Shown: in pieces, positions 60,875-64,000 of the stretch
Layout of the letters: each line of letters starts with the position of its first letter
Numbering within the stretch: the first letter of the stretch is position 1
Source of the DNA: Patescibacteria group bacterium
Lineage (GTDB): Bacteria > Patescibacteriota > WWE3 > UBA101185 > UBA10185
Reading direction: 5' to 3'
Assembly: GCA_049322215.1 (NCBI GenBank)
Contig: JBMORU010000001.1
Coordinates: forward strand, 516,023-580,022
Length of the DNA stretch: 64,000 nucleotides
Notes under the pieces: model-generated
Told to the model about the DNA's origin: nothing
Database searches by the model: none
Seen by the model: the letters and a program-made list of their open reading frames with translations, nothing else
Made by a program: the position numbers and the translations under genes

Positions 60875-61135
60875 ATGAAAAATGGGCAAATGGAATTTGC
60901 TTCCAATCCTGATTCAAAAGTAAAAATCAAAGTAATTAATGCGCTTTGCATTAGCGCTGCAACCTGTATTATTAATGCTCCCGAAACATTTGATTTAGAT
61001 GAAGATGGTATAGCTTATGTAAAAGAGGGCACTTGGGACGATGCGCAAGCAATTGTCGCAGCTGCAGCTTCCTGCCCTACTACTGCAATAATAATTGAAG
61101 ATCTAGAAGGTAATCAAATTTATCCCGAAGTATAA
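60875..61135 (+). CDS. ferredoxin, probably [3Fe-4S]
   Basis: CISAATC...AP..F...CPT.AI (CxxAxxC...CP). Confidence 0.9.
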   Translation: MKNGQMEFASNPDSKVKIKVINALCISAATCIINAPETFDLDEDGIAYVKEGTWDDAQAIVAAAASCPTTAIIIEDLEGNQIYPEV

Positions 61136-61138
61136 TTT

Positions 61139-62149
61139 ATGCATAAATCCGCCTTTTTGTTTTTTAAAAACAGTAGAAAAGCATGTGAAAGTTTTGACAA
61201 ATATCCTTCTACAGAAGAATTAATTAATGCAGCTTCAGAATTAAATTTAGATTCCATATTTGCACAAGACTTTACATTAACAAGTGAAGTAATTAGTGAA
61301 ATTAAGCAAAAAATTCCAAATGTAAAAATTTACGGAAGTGTTACCGTTTTTGCACCAAAAAATGAAGAAGAAAATTTATTTGATGGCGAAGCAGTAGAAG
61401 TAGCGGGTTTAAAAAAACCTAACTCCGACTTTGTTGGAGTTTGCCCAACGTACAAACCTGTAATAGAAAGAGCACTAAATGATGTTAAAGACTTATTAAA
61501 AAAAGATGTAGACGGTATTTGGCTGGATGCGTTACGTTATACTACGCATTGGGAAACTGAAAGCCCAGTTGTGCTTGATACTTGCTATTGCGACAGATGC
61601 TTAAGTATGTTTGAAGACTTTATAGGAGAACCTATTGAAGGTGCTGACTTAGAAGAGAAACATTTACATATTGACGGCAGTTACTACCACGAATGGTTAA
61701 AGTTTAAAACCGAGCAAATTGTTTCATTTGTTAAAGCAGTAAAAAAAGTGATTTCTGAGTCTGGAAAACAAGTTGAGCTTGGTTATTTTGCGATTCCTTG
61801 GGAAGACAAAGATTATGGTGCTGGTATTAAAAGAATAATGGCTCAAGATTTTGAACTTCTTTCTGGTTTGACTGATATGTTTAGTCCTATGCTATACCAT
61901 AAAATGTTGGGTAAGCCTGTAAGTTGGGTTTCACATATGGTTGATTATTTTTGGCAGGTTGGTGCTCCCTTTTTGCCTTTAGTTCAAACAGAAAATATTG
62001 AAAGTAATTTTGATGCTAACGAGTTTAAAGAATCGCTAGAAGGTGCAGTACAAAAACCTTCTTCCGGTGTGTGTATTTTTTATTTAGATGACCTAATGTT
62101 GCAGCCGGATAAATTGAAGATTGCTAAAGAATTTTTTTCCTCCAATTAA
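61139..62149 (+). CDS. putative glycoside hydrolase-like TIM-barrel protein
   Basis: CPT, DGIWLD..RY, CYCDRC, QDF, PMLYH resemble GHL/GH42-like families; no signal peptide. Confidence 0.65.
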   Translation: MHKSAFLFFKNSRKACESFDKYPSTEELINAASELNLDSIFAQDFTLTSEVISEIKQKIPNVKIYGSVTVFAPKNEEENLFDGEAVEVAGLKKPNSDFVGVCPTYKPVIERALNDVKDLLKKDVDGIWLDALRYTTHWETESPVVLDTCYCDRCLSMFEDFIGEPIEGADLEEKHLHIDGSYYHEWLKFKTEQIVSFVKAVKKVISESGKQVELGYFAIPWEDKDYGAGIKRIMAQDFELLSGLTDMFSPMLYHKMLGKPVSWVSHMVDYFWQVGAPFLPLVQTENIESNFDANEFKESLEGAVQKPSSGVCIFYLDDLMLQPDKLKIAKEFFSSN

Positions 62150-62165
62150 AATAGAATACCCCAAT

Positions 62166-62193
62166 TTGACACTAAAGACCCTTAATGTATTAT
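62166..62193 (+). promoter_or_regulatory. sigma70 promoter
   Basis: TTGACA-N16-TATTAT; SD AAGGAG at 62232 before ATG 62244. Confidence 0.7.
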
Positions 62194-62243
62194 GCCCTTA
62201 TTACAATAGTCGTTGATACAAAAATAAAATAAAGGAGAGTTAA

Positions 62244-64000
62244 ATGAATATTCGACGATTTGTTACTTTTTTGTCTCTTGTTTTGTTGCTGCTGTTACTC
62301 TTCGGATGCAGTGGTGACGAAACAAACGAGACACAACCTTTTGCTGCAACAAATGTAGTTGAAGGTAGTAATGGTGCTGAGGATGCTCCACAGAATGATC
62401 CTTCAGAAGAAACTTCTTCTGACAGTGCAGATGCTAACGCTGATGCGCAAGTTGAAAATGTAGGTCAAGGTTGGATTGGGTCAGAAAATCCAGGGTTTCC
62501 TCCTATAGATTTATCTGTGGAAAAGCTTTCAATTTTTGCACCTCCTTATGTTGCTATTGCAGAATTAAATCAGCTTCCGCCTTTTGCAGGTATTACAATT
62601 CAAACGACAAGTGTTTTTCCTGAAAACAGTTTTGAATCTTCTGCGTGTACAAGTGAAATCCCTGATGCAAATGCAGAGTTAACTGTGTTGAGCTATTTAT
62701 CGCCCGGTATGGAGTATTTAGTAAGTGAGGTTCGTTTTAAAGGTGTTAGATATCCTTACTATACATTGTTGCTAAGTGGGGGTGACTTAGCACAACCTTG
62801 TTGGAACTCAAATCAAAGCTTTGCTGTTCTGCCTTACGAATATGGGCGTTTAATGGCAGATGGCAGGTATTTGTTATACAACATAAACTACATCAACTAC
62901 ATTAAAGACCGTTTAGCAAGCGATTCCGGTTTCAGCATTGAAGATGTTCCGGGAAAATTAGAAGGTGAAGTGACTTTGGTTAGAGTTCCGCAAGATAACG
63001 AGCTAGGTATTGAGTGTACTTCGACTGCAAATTTACCTGCAAATGTTGTCAACCAAAATATGGATGAATTTTTAGTTAACAGCAGTGAATACTTACCGTT
63101 GTGTGGGCTTGCGTTTGAAACCGACATTGTGAATTTGTTGGTTAAAAGTTGTGTTCCCGAAACTGCATTGCCTGTTGAAGCGCAAACGAATCCTAACTGG
63201 TTGTTTTTGTATGGTAAACACCTTTTGCCGGTCTGTGGAGATCATTATGAAGTGGTTTTAATTGAGGACGTGATGAAACAAACTGTGCCGGGTGGAAAGT
63301 CTGTGTTTGAGGTGGTGATTGCTAATTTGGGTACAGACGTTTATGAAGGCTTAATAAGCCCACAAATTACAATGGTAGATTCAAATGGAAATGAAGTTAC
63401 ATCAGATACATGCCAATATGCAGTTTGTGCGGGTACTCAAGTAGTAGGCAGTGCGAATATTGGTAAGTTTGAAGCAGTCAAGATTACTAGCAACTACTTT
63501 TATCCCAAAGATAGTGCTTTAGGTAGGTGGCATGTAGGTAAAGTAACTTCAGGTGATTTTGTCTGGAACCTCAGTAGTGACGCTTATGCGTTTGATGTGT
63601 ATAAGGTTGCACCGTTTTTGGATATACCTGTTGCGTACAATGTTAAGTGGTGGGGTGAAGATACCCAACTAGAAAGTTCCTACTATTTAACTGGCAACTG
63701 TACCGATGCTGGCGTGTTCACTTGCCATGGTGGAGAGATTAACTCTTGGATTACACATTCACCAGATGCGGGTATTTTTACGACATTTAGGGGGATATCA
63801 GGAACAGATACAAAACTAGGATATCCTGGCGTTTATGGTCCAAGACATGACGGTATAGACTATCAGGCTTATTCGTTTGCTACATCGCCACAGCAAAATC
63901 ACCCACTTGGTATGGATTTTGGTACAGATACGACTCTTGCAAATGTGAATACATGGGATCCAATCTATGCTGCTGCCTCAGGCACCGTATGGGTCATATG
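62244..64000 (+). CDS. large putative lipoprotein with M23 peptidase domain (3' truncated; absent from ORF track)
   Basis: Manual translation open to window end (585 codons); MNIRRF..LLLFG-C22 lipobox; HDGID (~aa 535) and PIYAAASGTV M23 motifs. Confidence 0.85.
   Translation, partial: MNIRRFVTFLSLVLLLLLLFGCSGDETNETQPFAATNVVEGSNGAEDAPQNDPSEETSSDSADANADAQVENVGQGWIGSENPGFPPIDLSVEKLSIFAPPYVAIAELNQLPPFAGITIQTTSVFPENSFESSACTSEIPDANAELTVLSYLSPGMEYLVSEVRFKGVRYPYYTLLLSGGDLAQPCWNSNQSFAVLPYEYGRLMADGRYLLYNINYINYIKDRLASDSGFSIEDVPGKLEGEVTLVRVPQDNELGIECTSTANLPANVVNQNMDEFLVNSSEYLPLCGLAFETDIVNLLVKSCVPETALPVEAQTNPNWLFLYGKHLLPVCGDHYEVVLIEDVMKQTVPGGKSVFEVVIANLGTDVYEGLISPQITMVDSNGNEVTSDTCQYAVCAGTQVVGSANIGKFEAVKITSNYFYPKDSALGRWHVGKVTSGDFVWNLSSDAYAFDVYKVAPFLDIPVAYNVKWWGEDTQLESSYYLTGNCTDAGVFTCHGGEINSWITHSPDAGIFTTFRGISGTDTKLGYPGVYGPRHDGIDYQAYSFATSPQQNHPLGMDFGTDTTLANVNTWDPIYAAASGTVWVI

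Noticed and set aside
62878-62903. Short repeat AACTACAT x2 in the last ORF
   Set aside because: Just encodes NYINYI; too short to be meaningful.
2249-63127. Many 60-140 aa ORFs antisense or out of frame inside larger genes (e.g. 2249-2554, 13319-13738, 25325-25687, 34169-34444, 62897-63127)
   Set aside because: They lie within well-supported genes, have no motifs or initiation signals, and are typical shadow ORFs.
1-64000. TGA recoding (genetic code 25)
   Set aside because: Conserved genes are uninterrupted under code 11, TGA ends rplO, infA and rpoA at expected lengths, and RF2 is present.
1-64000. CRISPR array, tRNA/rRNA, IS element, intron or intein
   Set aside because: No spaced repeats, cloverleafs or transposase motifs; intergenic gaps are short; RecA and other conserved proteins are normal length.

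Overview
AT-rich bacterial chromosome segment, standard genetic code (TGA is used as stop). The lack of rpmD in the spc operon, the tight gene packing and the GT-C-rich glycan locus point to Patescibacteria/CPR, possibly WWE3/Microgenomates-like (inference). Layout: 1-9 kb, end of the spc/alpha ribosomal operons plus rplM-rpsI, including an rpmJ missed by the ORF track. 9-14.8 kb, an XRE regulator divergent from radC - TasA-like protein - SipW, then a membrane-anchored Clp-family ATPase and prfB. 15-34 kb, housekeeping genes (secDF, recJ, archaeal-type aspS behind a T-box, gltX, PAS kinase/receiver, recA-recX-rny-ymdB-hup). 34-38 kb, a split sensor-kinase operon, agmatinase and a SpeD-like decarboxylase. 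39-61 kb, a ~22 kb lipid-linked glycosylation locus. 61-64 kb, ferredoxin, a glycoside-hydrolase-like protein and a truncated lipoprotein/M23 peptidase missed by the ORF track. Best leads: the SinR/TasA/SipW-like fibre module, the membrane Clp ATPase lacking pore-loop tyrosines, a compact Asp T-box riboswitch, and widespread leaderless promoters. I saw no tRNA, rRNA, CRISPR array or transposase. All calls are by eye; no searches were run.
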